A DNA stretch of 33,844 bases from a virus (lineage: Duplodnaviria; Caudoviricetes), in the IMG/VR virus record IMGVR_UViG_3300023293_000007, positions 1-33,844 of that record; one strand, written 5' to 3'. Of this stretch, positions 24,567-32,783 are shown piece by piece. The first letter of the stretch is position 1, and each line of letters opens with the position of its first letter. The translations under genes and the position numbers were made by a program. The notes under the pieces are model-generated. The model worked only from the letters and a program-made list of their open reading frames with translations. It did no database searches and had not been told where the DNA came from.

Positions 24567-24719
24567 TTAGTTTATAGCGCCAGCTGATACTGCCAGACCG
24601 TACACTAGGAAGCCGGTTAACACGGTGACAACAATGGCAAGTGATATGCCACCCCATACTTTTAACCTTTTGGCTCGTTTGTATTGCGCTTGGGTGAATA
24701 GGAATTGATCGTTAATCAT
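24567..24719 (-). CDS. small membrane protein (50 aa)
   Basis: MINDQFLFTQAQYKRAKRLKVWGGISLAIVVTVLTGFLVYGLAVSAGAIN; ATGA overlap; precedes terminator. Confidence 0.6.
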   Translation of the reverse strand: MINDQFLFTQAQYKRAKRLKVWGGISLAIVVTVLTGFLVYGLAVSAGAIN

Positions 24720-24898
24720 TGTATAGCCCTCATTAGTTGGTCTGTTTTATTGCGTAGGTTAGTATTTAATCGCTGAAGCTCTTTCTCGGTTAGGTGTCCT
24801 AGCTCGTACACTCTCACCAGCCCAAGCCATGTTCTAGCCAGGTCTAGGGTGGAGCCTGCGTTGTTAATGCGTTGTACCGCGCTTTTAAAGTCGCTCAT
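24716..24898 (-). CDS. hypothetical protein
   Basis: 60 aa, AGGAGGT RBS. Confidence 0.75.
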   Translation of the reverse strand: MSDFKSAVQRINNAGSTLDLARTWLGLVRVYELGHLTEKELQRLNTNLRNKTDQLMRAIQ

Positions 24899-24983
24899 TT
24901 GTAACCTCCTGCTTGATTATGTATGTAATAAAGAATATGTGAGCCAGTATTGCATAGATTGTTCCATCTGTTAGTATTTCCAT
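24885..24983 (-). CDS. possible 32-aa hydrophobic peptide
   Basis: MEILTDGTIYAILAHIFFITYIIKQEVTNERL; GGTGGA upstream. Confidence 0.4.
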   Translation of the reverse strand: MEILTDGTIYAILAHIFFITYIIKQEVTNERL

Positions 24984-25208
24984 TATGTCCACCGTTAGTT
25001 GCGTTGCTTGATTACTAATTTACTTTCATTGAGAATAATAAGTTATCTATAAGAGACGCTGACTTATCTAATAACGACATAAAGGCTGAAAACGCTACTA
25101 TTTTACAGGGGAGCAGGCAAGCAAGGGTAAAAACACGGCATTATTCGCCATGTATTGAGTGAATGTTAAACCAGGTCTAAACGCGACTCAACCTACAACC
25201 CATTTCAA

Positions 25209-25220
25209 TGGTATAATCGC
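25209..25220 (+). promoter_or_regulatory. putative late promoter (TGGTATAATCGC)
   Basis: Extended -10 motif at the head of the late block. Confidence 0.55.
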
Positions 25221-25325
25221 ACCTAAAGCTTGATCTATGTAAGGCAATTAAACCATAAGCGTGATATGTTATGATGTATATGATAAGAAACAACGTACAT
25301 TTAATGAAACAACAGCGGAACCATA

Positions 25326-25535
25326 ATGGATAAACCCAAGGTAGTAAAGCTTAGACCTGACCGAGCAGACCTTGTTAGAGACGCTTTAGAAGCCCACATG
25401 AACCGTTCTGAGGACTTTATCTTAATATCAATAGGAGAGGAAGGGGTAGAGATGGGAAGCACCCTTGACGACGAGAGAGGGTTGTTCTATATTGAAATAG
25501 CTAAACAGATGATAATAAACGACTGGATGAGTTGA
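25326..25535 (+). CDS. hypothetical protein
   Basis: 69 aa, first ORF of late block. Confidence 0.7.
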   Translation: MDKPKVVKLRPDRADLVRDALEAHMNRSEDFILISIGEEGVEMGSTLDDERGLFYIEIAKQMIINDWMS

Positions 25536-25547
25536 TGGAGCCTAGTG

Positions 25548-25733
25548 ATGGGTGAAGAACATACCCCTAAACGCGATAAAAAACCCGCAGGTAGGCATTT
25601 CCCTGAGAATCACGGTGGTAAGGGTAATCGTGGCGGCAAAGGAACCAAGGAAGACAGAAAGAACTTTAAAGACAATTACGGACAGATTGATTGGGGTTCT
25701 AACACTAAAGACTTCGTTAAGTCAGAAAACTAG
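25548..25733 (+). CDS. small basic hypothetical protein
   Basis: GGAG RBS; 'GGKG...FKDNYGQIDW'. Confidence 0.6.
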   Translation: MGEEHTPKRDKKPAGRHFPENHGGKGNRGGKGTKEDRKNFKDNYGQIDWGSNTKDFVKSEN

Positions 25734-25770
25734 AATAAGTGGCTGTATGGAGGCTACTGAGCAAAAAATA

Positions 25771-25784
25771 AGGTATAATCGGGC
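25771..25784 (+). promoter_or_regulatory. putative late promoter (AGGTATAATCGGGC)
   Basis: Motif copy ending immediately before ATG 25785. Confidence 0.6.
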
Positions 25785-25967
25785 ATGATAAGAATATCAA
25801 CTGACGAAGATGTACACGAGTATGATCTGGACTTGATCCAAGATTACGCCACTGCGCTATTTGACAAGGACCAGTACCTTATGTCTGAGGTGCTATACTT
25901 AACAGAGCAGCGTATGGCGCGAGACTGTCACTGCTTTTCGGTTAACTGCGTCTGTGGCTTAGTATGA
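25785..25967 (+). CDS. hypothetical protein with C-terminal CxC..CxC
   Basis: 60 aa; ATGA overlap with terS. Confidence 0.65.
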   Translation: MIRISTDEDVHEYDLDLIQDYATALFDKDQYLMSEVLYLTEQRMARDCHCFSVNCVCGLV

Positions 25968-26383
25968 GGCCATCAATCTTTACTGAAGCACTAGCGGATA
26001 CTATCTGCCGGCGTCTATCTCTTGGTGAGAGCGCAAGACAAATCTGTCGTGACGATAGTATGCCTGCTATGTCTACTCTGATGAAGTGGTTAACAGAGAC
26101 TGACAAGGTAATGTTTTCGGAACAGTACGCGAGAGCCAGAGACTGCCAGGCTGATTACTATGCTGATCAGATTGTTGACATTGCAGATGAGCTGCCAGAA
26201 GACTGCGATTCAAACGCCATTAATAAAGCAAGGCTAAAGATAGATTCACGCAAGTGGAAGGTGTCCAGGATGTCCCCTCGCAAGTGGGGCGATAAGCAGG
26301 CTATTGATCATACGTCCTCTGATGACTCGTTCAAGCCTACCGTCATTAAGTTGGTGGCGGGAAAAACTGAACAAGATGGATAA
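25964..26383 (+). CDS. terS: terminase small subunit (Sf6-like)
   Basis: 'RPSIFT..LAD.IC.RL..GES.R.ICRDD.MP..ST..KW','QYARAR','ARLKIDSRKW..S.M.PRKWGDK'. Confidence 0.9.
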   Translation: MRPSIFTEALADTICRRLSLGESARQICRDDSMPAMSTLMKWLTETDKVMFSEQYARARDCQADYYADQIVDIADELPEDCDSNAINKARLKIDSRKWKVSRMSPRKWGDKQAIDHTSSDDSFKPTVIKLVAGKTEQDG

Positions 26384-27659
26384 CCCAGAAGCAGAAATCC
26401 TATTACCTCCTAAGATGGTGTCTCTATTTGAGGGAGAGGCTAGATACCGATGCGCTCACGGAGGTCGTGGTTCAGCCAAGACGCGCTCCTTTGCCCTTAT
26501 GACTGCTGTAAGAGGCTATCAATGGGGAATGGGTGGAAAGCAAGGCCAGATACTCTGTGGTCGAGAACACCTTAACTCCTTAGACGAGTCCTCACTTGAG
26601 GAAGTCAAATCCGCTATTAGATCCGTCCCCTGGTTGCTTGCTTACTATGATATTGGTGAGCGATATGTTCGGTCCAAAGATGGAAACATTAACTATGTAT
26701 TCTCTGGCCTAAGACGTAACCTAGACTCTATCAAGTCAAAGGCTAGGATTATATTAGCGTGGATTGACGAGGCTGAGGGAGTGTCTGAGCTGGCCTGGAG
26801 TAAGTTGATACCTACTGTACGAGAAGATGACTCAGAGATTTGGGTAACGTGGAATCCAGAAACAAAGCATTCAGCTACTCATAGACGCTTCAGAGTTAAT
26901 CCTCCGTCAGATATGAAGATATGTGAGATAAACTATAGGGACAACCCTTGGTTTCCGGCAGTATTAGAGGCTGAAAGAAAAGACGATCAAAAGCTTAGGC
27001 CAGATACCTACGCCCATATCTGGGAAGGCGAGATGCTGGTTCATGCAGACGGCGCTTACTATGCTGTTGAGATGAGAGAGTGTGCAGCAGAAGAGAGAAT
27101 TACCCATGTGCCTTATGACCGCGCTGTTGGCGTTTTCACGGCCTGGGACTTAGGGATAGGGGATAGCACTGCAATTTGGTTTGCTCAGATGGTAGGGGCT
27201 GAGGTTAGGCTTATTGACTACTATGAGAGCAGTGGTGTCGGTTTAGACCATTACGCTAAAGAGCTTCAGAGTCGCCCCTATGTATACGACGGTCACATAC
27301 TTCCACATGACGTTAGGGTTAGGGAGCTTGGAACAGGTAAGTCTCGGCTTGAAACCTTAGATAGCTTAGGGATTCGGAACGTAACAATAGCACCGCAGCT
27401 TGGTGTTGACGATGGAATACAGGCTGTAAGATCAATGATCCCCAGGGCATGGTTTGATAAGGTTAAGTGTGAGAGAGGGGTAGACGCCCTACGTCAATAT
27501 AGGCGTGATTACGATGACAAGGGTATGACCTGGCGGGGTAGACCGATGCACGACTGGACCAGTCACTGTGCTGACGCATTTAGATACCTAGCGGTGGGCT
27601 ATAAGCCTGCAAGTAATTGGGGCGATCCAATTCGGCGCAATCTGCAAGGCATTGCCTAA
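26376..27659 (+). CDS. terL: terminase large subunit (PBSX/Terminase_3-type)
   Basis: Walker A GGRGSAKT, Walker B WIDEAE, TWNP, nuclease AWDLG and HCADAFRY. Confidence 0.95.
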   Translation: MDNPEAEILLPPKMVSLFEGEARYRCAHGGRGSAKTRSFALMTAVRGYQWGMGGKQGQILCGREHLNSLDESSLEEVKSAIRSVPWLLAYYDIGERYVRSKDGNINYVFSGLRRNLDSIKSKARIILAWIDEAEGVSELAWSKLIPTVREDDSEIWVTWNPETKHSATHRRFRVNPPSDMKICEINYRDNPWFPAVLEAERKDDQKLRPDTYAHIWEGEMLVHADGAYYAVEMRECAAEERITHVPYDRAVGVFTAWDLGIGDSTAIWFAQMVGAEVRLIDYYESSGVGLDHYAKELQSRPYVYDGHILPHDVRVRELGTGKSRLETLDSLGIRNVTIAPQLGVDDGIQAVRSMIPRAWFDKVKCERGVDALRQYRRDYDDKGMTWRGRPMHDWTSHCADAFRYLAVGYKPASNWGDPIRRNLQGIA

Positions 27660-27663
27660 TTTA

Positions 27664-27677
27664 TGGTATAATCGGGC
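27664..27677 (+). promoter_or_regulatory. putative late promoter (TGGTATAATCGGGC)
   Basis: Motif 4 nt after terL stop. Confidence 0.65.
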
Positions 27678-27703
27678 TTTATTTATTTATTTAGGGTGGT
27701 GTG

Positions 27704-27955
27704 ATGGCGGGCATTAGTAAAGGGTTGTTGGCGCTATCCAAGCTCAATCAGGCTAGCCCTAGCACTGGCTTATTAAATATTGGCCCAAGTGCGGCAGCAG
27801 AACAAGCCGCCATTGATTACGCAAAACGCTCAGGAATACCCTACACCCCATCAACTTCTGTTGGTCCTAATGACCCTATTTTTGGCGCAAGAGTCGCTAA
27901 AGAATACGAGGCAATGCAGCAGGGGTGTTATCACCTAACTGGGCAGAGCCTGTAA
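27704..27955 (+). CDS. hypothetical protein, possibly truncated 5' part of a longer gene
   Basis: 83 aa; overlaps next ORF by 31 nt in another frame. Confidence 0.55.
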   Translation: MAGISKGLLALSKLNQASPSTGLLNIGPSAAAEQAAIDYAKRSGIPYTPSTSVGPNDPIFGARVAKEYEAMQQGCYHLTGQSL

Positions 27956-28245
27956 AAGACGCTATATACCCTGAAGACGCAAGAGGACAACTGGCTAAAG
28001 ATTGGTCAAGTAAGGTGGGAGACACTCTATCCCCAATAGTTGATAAATATATTGCCCCAGCGATTCAAAACTATGCAGCACCAGCGGCACGATCCGCTTA
28101 TGAAAATAAGCCATTGGTGGGTTACTCTGCTAAAGAGACAGTGGGCGGCTTAATGGACTTGTATGGTAAGTTGCCAGCCTCTGTTCGTGATGAGCTAAGT
28201 CCACGCCTGAAACATTTGGGTGGTCTGCTTGCGTCCGTATTATAA
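27925..28245 (+). CDS. hypothetical protein, possibly 3' part of the preceding gene
   Basis: GTG start without a well-placed RBS; ends GGLLASVL. Confidence 0.5.
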   Translation: MLSPNWAEPVKDAIYPEDARGQLAKDWSSKVGDTLSPIVDKYIAPAIQNYAAPAARSAYENKPLVGYSAKETVGGLMDLYGKLPASVRDELSPRLKHLGGLLASVL

Positions 28246-28274
28246 ACGTTAAAATGTAAAGTTTTGCTAAAAAA

Positions 28275-28289
28275 TGGTATAATCGGGCA
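28275..28289 (+). promoter_or_regulatory. putative late promoter (TGGTATAATCGGGCA)
   Basis: Intergenic; preceded by CTAAAAAA as in the 1201 copy. Confidence 0.65.
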
Positions 28290-28306
28290 CATAACTGGAG
28301 TTAGCA

Positions 28307-28930
28307 ATGGCATTAGGCACATACAGTGAATTACAGACCTCTCTGGCAGACTTTCTGAACAGGGAAGATTTAACGTCCGTAATCCCCACATTCATCGCTC
28401 TAGCAGAGGCTAGTATCAACAGAGATGTACGCCATTGGCGTATGGAAAACAGATCAACTGCAACTATTGACGGTCAATATTTCACAAGACCAGGTGATTG
28501 GGTTGAAACAATCAGACTTCATTTGACTACTGGAACCACATACATCATGGACCTGGTAAGTCAGAATGCAATGGCAGATAAACGTCAAGGCTCAGAAAAT
28601 ATTGCTGGAAAACCAAGATTCTACAGTCACTCAGAAGACCAATTTGAGGTATTCCCTACTCCAGATGAGTCGTATGCAGCAGAGCTGTTGTACGTCCAAA
28701 AGATTCCTGCACTATCAGATTCCAACACTACCAACTGGCTGCTCAGTGATTCGCCCGACCTGTACCTATACGGCGCTTTAATGCACTCTGCACCATACTT
28801 AGCGGAGGATGCAAGAGTTGCAACATGGGCTACAGGATACAGTGAAGCCGTACAGCGATTAAACTTAACATCTCAACAGTCTAAATTTTCAGGCATTGGG
28901 TTAAAGACTAAAATACGAGGATTAGGATGA
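28307..28930 (+). CDS. head-tail adaptor / tail tubular A-like protein
   Basis: 'TYSELQ..LADFLNR.DL..IP.FI.LAEA','FP.PD..Y','TNWLL..PDLYLYGAL..SAPYL'. Confidence 0.7.
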   Translation: MALGTYSELQTSLADFLNREDLTSVIPTFIALAEASINRDVRHWRMENRSTATIDGQYFTRPGDWVETIRLHLTTGTTYIMDLVSQNAMADKRQGSENIAGKPRFYSHSEDQFEVFPTPDESYAAELLYVQKIPALSDSNTTNWLLSDSPDLYLYGALMHSAPYLAEDARVATWATGYSEAVQRLNLTSQQSKFSGIGLKTKIRGLG

Positions 28931-29307
28931 GCTTTTCAAACTTCTTAGAGACAGAGATACTGGATCACGTTTTCGGTGGGGCTGCTTATACTGCTCCAAC
29001 CACACTTTACATTGCTCTATACACCGGCGCTCCTAATGATGCAGGTGGTGGAACTGAGGTGAGTGGAACTGACTATGCACGACAGACGTCTACCTTTACT
29101 ACTTCTGGTGACACTACTAGCAATGCAGGCGCAATTGAGTTCCCTACGGCTGGTGATAGCTGGGGTACTGTAACTCATGTCGGCGTATTTGACGCGCTGA
29201 CTACTGGCAATTTGCTCGCTTACGGCACACTGACTGCAAGTAAAGCTGTAGAAAGCGGAGACGTTTTCCGTATTATCGCGGGTGCTTTAGACATTACGTT
29301 AGACTAG
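28927..29307 (+). CDS. virion structural protein (tail-associated)
   Basis: 'MSFSNFLE..ILDHVF..Y.AP..LYIALYT','EVSG..YARQ','WGTVTH.G.FDA.T.GNLL'. Confidence 0.7.
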   Translation: MSFSNFLETEILDHVFGGAAYTAPTTLYIALYTGAPNDAGGGTEVSGTDYARQTSTFTTSGDTTSNAGAIEFPTAGDSWGTVTHVGVFDALTTGNLLAYGTLTASKAVESGDVFRIIAGALDITLD

Positions 29308-29308
29308 T

Positions 29309-29827
29309 ATGTTATATGGTGTCTATAAATATGGGCAGGCTGCATACTCTACTGCTGACCTAGAAGATGGCGTTGTTGCCACCTCTGCGTCTTCAAGTGT
29401 GGTGGTGGTGGCCGCAGTTACTGTTTCGGGCGTATCGCAAATATCTGCAACGTCAACGGTAGCTACGGATGCCATTAGAGTGCGAGAATCGTCCTCTACG
29501 GTCACTTCTGCATCTAGTGTAGCGGTAGCAGGGCAAAGGATACATTTAGCTGATACGGCCATTAACGGCGTCTCAGGGACTACAGGAAGCGGACAGGTCA
29601 TAAAACTGGGTTCGTCTGTAGTAAGTGCTGTTGCAGGTGTTTCTGCTGATAGCGTTAGGGTTAGACAGTCAGACTCGGCAATTACGGCAAGCGGTGGATT
29701 GATATGCTCTGGCATTATACTCTGGATTGACAATAATCCATCAGAGAAAAGCTGGGCTAATACTTCATCATCAAATGTAACGTGGGCAAATGTGCCCCTA
29801 AATGAAATAGAATGGGAGGCCGCTTAA
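29309..29827 (+). CDS. S/A/V/T-rich putative structural protein
   Basis: 172 aa with ~20-aa degenerate periodicity; tight spacing with neighbours. Confidence 0.6.
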   Translation: MLYGVYKYGQAAYSTADLEDGVVATSASSSVVVVAAVTVSGVSQISATSTVATDAIRVRESSSTVTSASSVAVAGQRIHLADTAINGVSGTTGSGQVIKLGSSVVSAVAGVSADSVRVRQSDSAITASGGLICSGIILWIDNNPSEKSWANTSSSNVTWANVPLNEIEWEAA

Positions 29828-31780
29828 ATGGCTGATACAACGACTACAACATACTCGCTAGTAAAGCCTGAAGTGGGCGCATCCGAGGACACTTGGGGCA
29901 CAAAGATAAACACCACGCTGGATACTCTTGACGACCTATTGGACGGCACAACCCCAGTTGTTGGCATGGACCTTAATACTCCAGATATTGATGGCGGTAC
30001 TGTCGATGGGATTACGTCTCTAAGCACAAGCACATCTGGCACAAGCAACTTTATAGCAGGCGTAAACGCAGGTAACTCCATTGAAAGCGGTGGTAATTAT
30101 AACGTCTTAGTAGGCGATGATGCAGGTACTGCTATTACGACTGGCGGCACTAACGTCGCTCTTGGTTTTAACGCCTTGAACGCAAGTACTAGCGCCTCTA
30201 ATAATGTTGCTATAGGCTCCAACAGTTTGCTGGTGAATACTACAGGGTCTTCAAATGTTGGGATGGGCCGAGACTCTTTAAAAGGCAACACTAGCGGAGC
30301 TAACAACGTAGCTTTGGGTACGTATGCACTAGATGCCAACACAACGGCAGACAACAACACTGCTGTAGGCTATGCTTCGCTTGGTGCTAATACCACTGGC
30401 GCGGGCAACGTCGCACTAGGGCGTCAGGCTTTAACGGCCAACACAACAGCAAGCTCTAACGTAGCAGTCGGGCAAGACGCCCTGCTTAGTAATACTGAGG
30501 GACATAACAATACTTCTGTAGGTACTAGCTCTTTAGCGGCCAACACAACAGCAGATTATAACGTAGCAGTAGGGCGCTCGGCTCTAGGAGGCACAACGAC
30601 AGGGGGGAATAACACTGCGGTGGGTTCGTGGGCACTAGACGCCAACACAACAGGTCAAGGCAATACAGCGACTGGCTATGGTTCTTTAGGTACCAACACA
30701 ACCGCCAATTTTAACTCATCTTTTGGTTTTAACTCTTTAATTAGTAACACAACAGGTAGCGATAATAACGCCTTTGGTACAAACGCCTTGGCTTCTGTTA
30801 CTACAGGCGCTAATAACGTAGCGATGGGTCGAGATGCTTTAAACAACAACTCAGCCAGTAACAACACTGCTTTAGGTCATAATTCCTTAAAGGCTAATAC
30901 AACTGCTTCAGGTAATGTTGCAGTAGGCTATCTAGCCATGGAGGACTCTACCACAGCCGCTAATGCTACCGCAGTTGGCTATGAGGCTTTAGCCAACAAC
31001 ACTACCTCTAATGGAAACCACGCTTTTGGCTTTAGAGCTTTGACAGCCTGTACCACAGGGTCGTCTAATATTGCTTTGGGGGGTCAATCGTTAGACGCTT
31101 GTACCTCGGGTGCTAACAACGTAGCAGTAGGTAATAATTCCGGAGGAGCACTCACAACAGGTATTCGTAACGTCATAATTGGTGAATCAGCAGGTGATCA
31201 CAGTCCTAGTCTTACTACTGGCAATTATAATGTTCTTATAGGTGCATACGCGGATGTAACTGCCGCTAGTGCTCAGTTTGCTATAGCTATAGGCTATGAC
31301 GTTTCAGGGGAGGCAGGTTACACAACAATTGGCCAGCAGACTACCGACATAAGAGCGCAACACGGCGTAGCAACTTGGGCGACAGTGTCAGATGAGCGAT
31401 ACAAGAAGGATATTGAAGACTGCACAACAGGGCTTTCCTTCATCAACTCATTGCGATCAGTAACTTGGAACTACAAGACTCTCGGCGAACTCCCAGAAAC
31501 CTTTAGCGCCTATGAAGAAGGTTCTACTGAAGTCTTTAAGAACACTCAAACTAACCACGGCCTTATTGCTCAGCACACCAAGGAGGCTATTGATGCTGAT
31601 AGCGGCTTGAAGGATGGCTTTAAACTTTGGGACGAAAGAGAAGATGGTTCTCAGGAAGTAGCAGAGGCCGCACTAATACCAATCTTGGTTAAAGCCATAC
31701 AGGACTTGTCTGATCAAGCAATAGCACAAGCCGACATTATCACAAACTTAACCGCAAGACTCGAAGCACTGGAGGCATAA
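29828..31780 (+). CDS. tail fibre/spike with 14-aa beta-roll repeats and C-terminal S74 chaperone
   Basis: N-terminal anchor '[28 protein letters not shown]'; many 'NTTGxxNxAxGxxAL' repeats; 'SDERYKKDI...GL.FIN.L...HGLIAQ...LVKAIQDL' and coiled coil. Confidence 0.85.
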   Translation: MADTTTTTYSLVKPEVGASEDTWGTKINTTLDTLDDLLDGTTPVVGMDLNTPDIDGGTVDGITSLSTSTSGTSNFIAGVNAGNSIESGGNYNVLVGDDAGTAITTGGTNVALGFNALNASTSASNNVAIGSNSLLVNTTGSSNVGMGRDSLKGNTSGANNVALGTYALDANTTADNNTAVGYASLGANTTGAGNVALGRQALTANTTASSNVAVGQDALLSNTEGHNNTSVGTSSLAANTTADYNVAVGRSALGGTTTGGNNTAVGSWALDANTTGQGNTATGYGSLGTNTTANFNSSFGFNSLISNTTGSDNNAFGTNALASVTTGANNVAMGRDALNNNSASNNTALGHNSLKANTTASGNVAVGYLAMEDSTTAANATAVGYEALANNTTSNGNHAFGFRALTACTTGSSNIALGGQSLDACTSGANNVAVGNNSGGALTTGIRNVIIGESAGDHSPSLTTGNYNVLIGAYADVTAASAQFAIAIGYDVSGEAGYTTIGQQTTDIRAQHGVATWATVSDERYKKDIEDCTTGLSFINSLRSVTWNYKTLGELPETFSAYEEGSTEVFKNTQTNHGLIAQHTKEAIDADSGLKDGFKLWDEREDGSQEVAEAALIPILVKAIQDLSDQAIAQADIITNLTARLEALEA

Positions 31781-31781
31781 T

Positions 31782-32018
31782 ATGTCACAAGTAGAAGATC
31801 GTAAAGCAGAACAACTAGCACAAGACTACTCAGCAATGGGTGATAGTGTAGTACTTATCACAGCCACTATCGCCGCAGAAGCTGATGAAGATAGCCAAGG
31901 AACAGTTGAGCGTAATGTTCAGCACCTAGAGCTTATGGTTGCTAAAGACGATTGGGGCGATGAGGACATGACTGCGGTTAATGCCGCCATTAGCTCTGGC
32001 AATGAGTACATATCATAA
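31782..32018 (+). CDS. small acidic protein after tail fibre
   Basis: GGAGG RBS; 78 aa. Confidence 0.7.
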   Translation: MSQVEDRKAEQLAQDYSAMGDSVVLITATIAAEADEDSQGTVERNVQHLELMVAKDDWGDEDMTAVNAAISSGNEYIS

Positions 32019-32212
32019 TGGACTTAATACTACAGAGCCTCAAGTCTAAGACGATACAATTCAGCATTGCGTTGACTGTTTTAAGCATGGCTCAAGGCTA
32101 CACTGGTCTATTGCCTGTCAGTCAAGGCTCACAAGCACTCATTGGAATAGGTATTGCAGTATGTATTGTTGTGCTTAGATCAGTAACTACAACGGCACTC
32201 AACCAAAAATAA
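32018..32212 (+). CDS. two-TM holin-like protein
   Basis: 'LKSKTIQFS..', two hydrophobic segments, 'LRSVTTTAL..K'. Confidence 0.6.
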   Translation: MDLILQSLKSKTIQFSIALTVLSMAQGYTGLLPVSQGSQALIGIGIAVCIVVLRSVTTTALNQK

Positions 32213-32223
32213 CGGACTACATA

Positions 32224-32409
32224 ATGGCAACGGCAAAGGAAGTATTGATTCGGCTAGAAGGGCATGAGAAAGAATGCTCTGTCCGATATACTAACATTGA
32301 GAAGCAATTAGACGATGGCTCTGTGAAGTTTAGGAAAGCTGAGTTAATGTTGTGGTCTATGTATCCGCTTATCTTAGGGTCAACCTTTCTGGAGAGGTTA
32401 GTTCAATGA
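32224..32409 (+). CDS. small coiled-coil protein with hydrophobic C-terminus (lysis cluster)
   Basis: 'LEGHEKECSVRY..IEKQL..G..KF'. Confidence 0.6.
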   Translation: MATAKEVLIRLEGHEKECSVRYTNIEKQLDDGSVKFRKAELMLWSMYPLILGSTFLERLVQ

Positions 32410-32783
32410 GCCTGATCACTTCTTTAATCGCGCCAGTAACTAGCCTACTCGACAAATGGATTCCAGATGCAACCATCAAACAACAACTCGCGGCAAAGAT
32501 TAGCACACTTTCAGAGGTACACGCGCAGGAACTCGCAGTCGCTCAGATTGCACTCAACACCGCAGAAGCAAAAGGAAACTGGTTCCAAAGTTCATGGCGA
32601 CCCGCTACAGGATGGGTCTGTGTTGTCGGAATGGCCGTCAACTTCTTAATATCACCACTAGCGGCAGGGTTTGGTTTCGTTATACCCCAGGCTGATATGA
32701 CAACCATGATGCCTGTTCTAATGGGTATGCTGGGGCTATCATTCAACAGGACTTACGAGCGTGTTAAAGGAGTAGGCAAATAA
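32406..32783 (+). CDS. holin of the 3TM (GTA-release) family
   Basis: 'LLDKWIPD','N.AEA..WFQSSWRPA.GWVC','LMGMLGL..RTYER.KGV'; ATG 32406 after GAGG. Confidence 0.8.
   Translation: MSLITSLIAPVTSLLDKWIPDATIKQQLAAKISTLSEVHAQELAVAQIALNTAEAKGNWFQSSWRPATGWVCVVGMAVNFLISPLAAGFGFVIPQADMTTMMPVLMGMLGLSFNRTYERVKGVGK

Noticed and set aside
26304-26375. Extended TTG start of terL, and similar upstream starts in the track (5175, 12783, 13064, 18241, 18854, 20227, 32352)
   Set aside because: Downstream ATGs have better RBSs or stop/start coupling.
29828-31780. Diversity-generating retroelement acting on the tail fibre
   Set aside because: No reverse transcriptase and no TR/VR pair seen; the repeats are degenerate 14-aa structural repeats.
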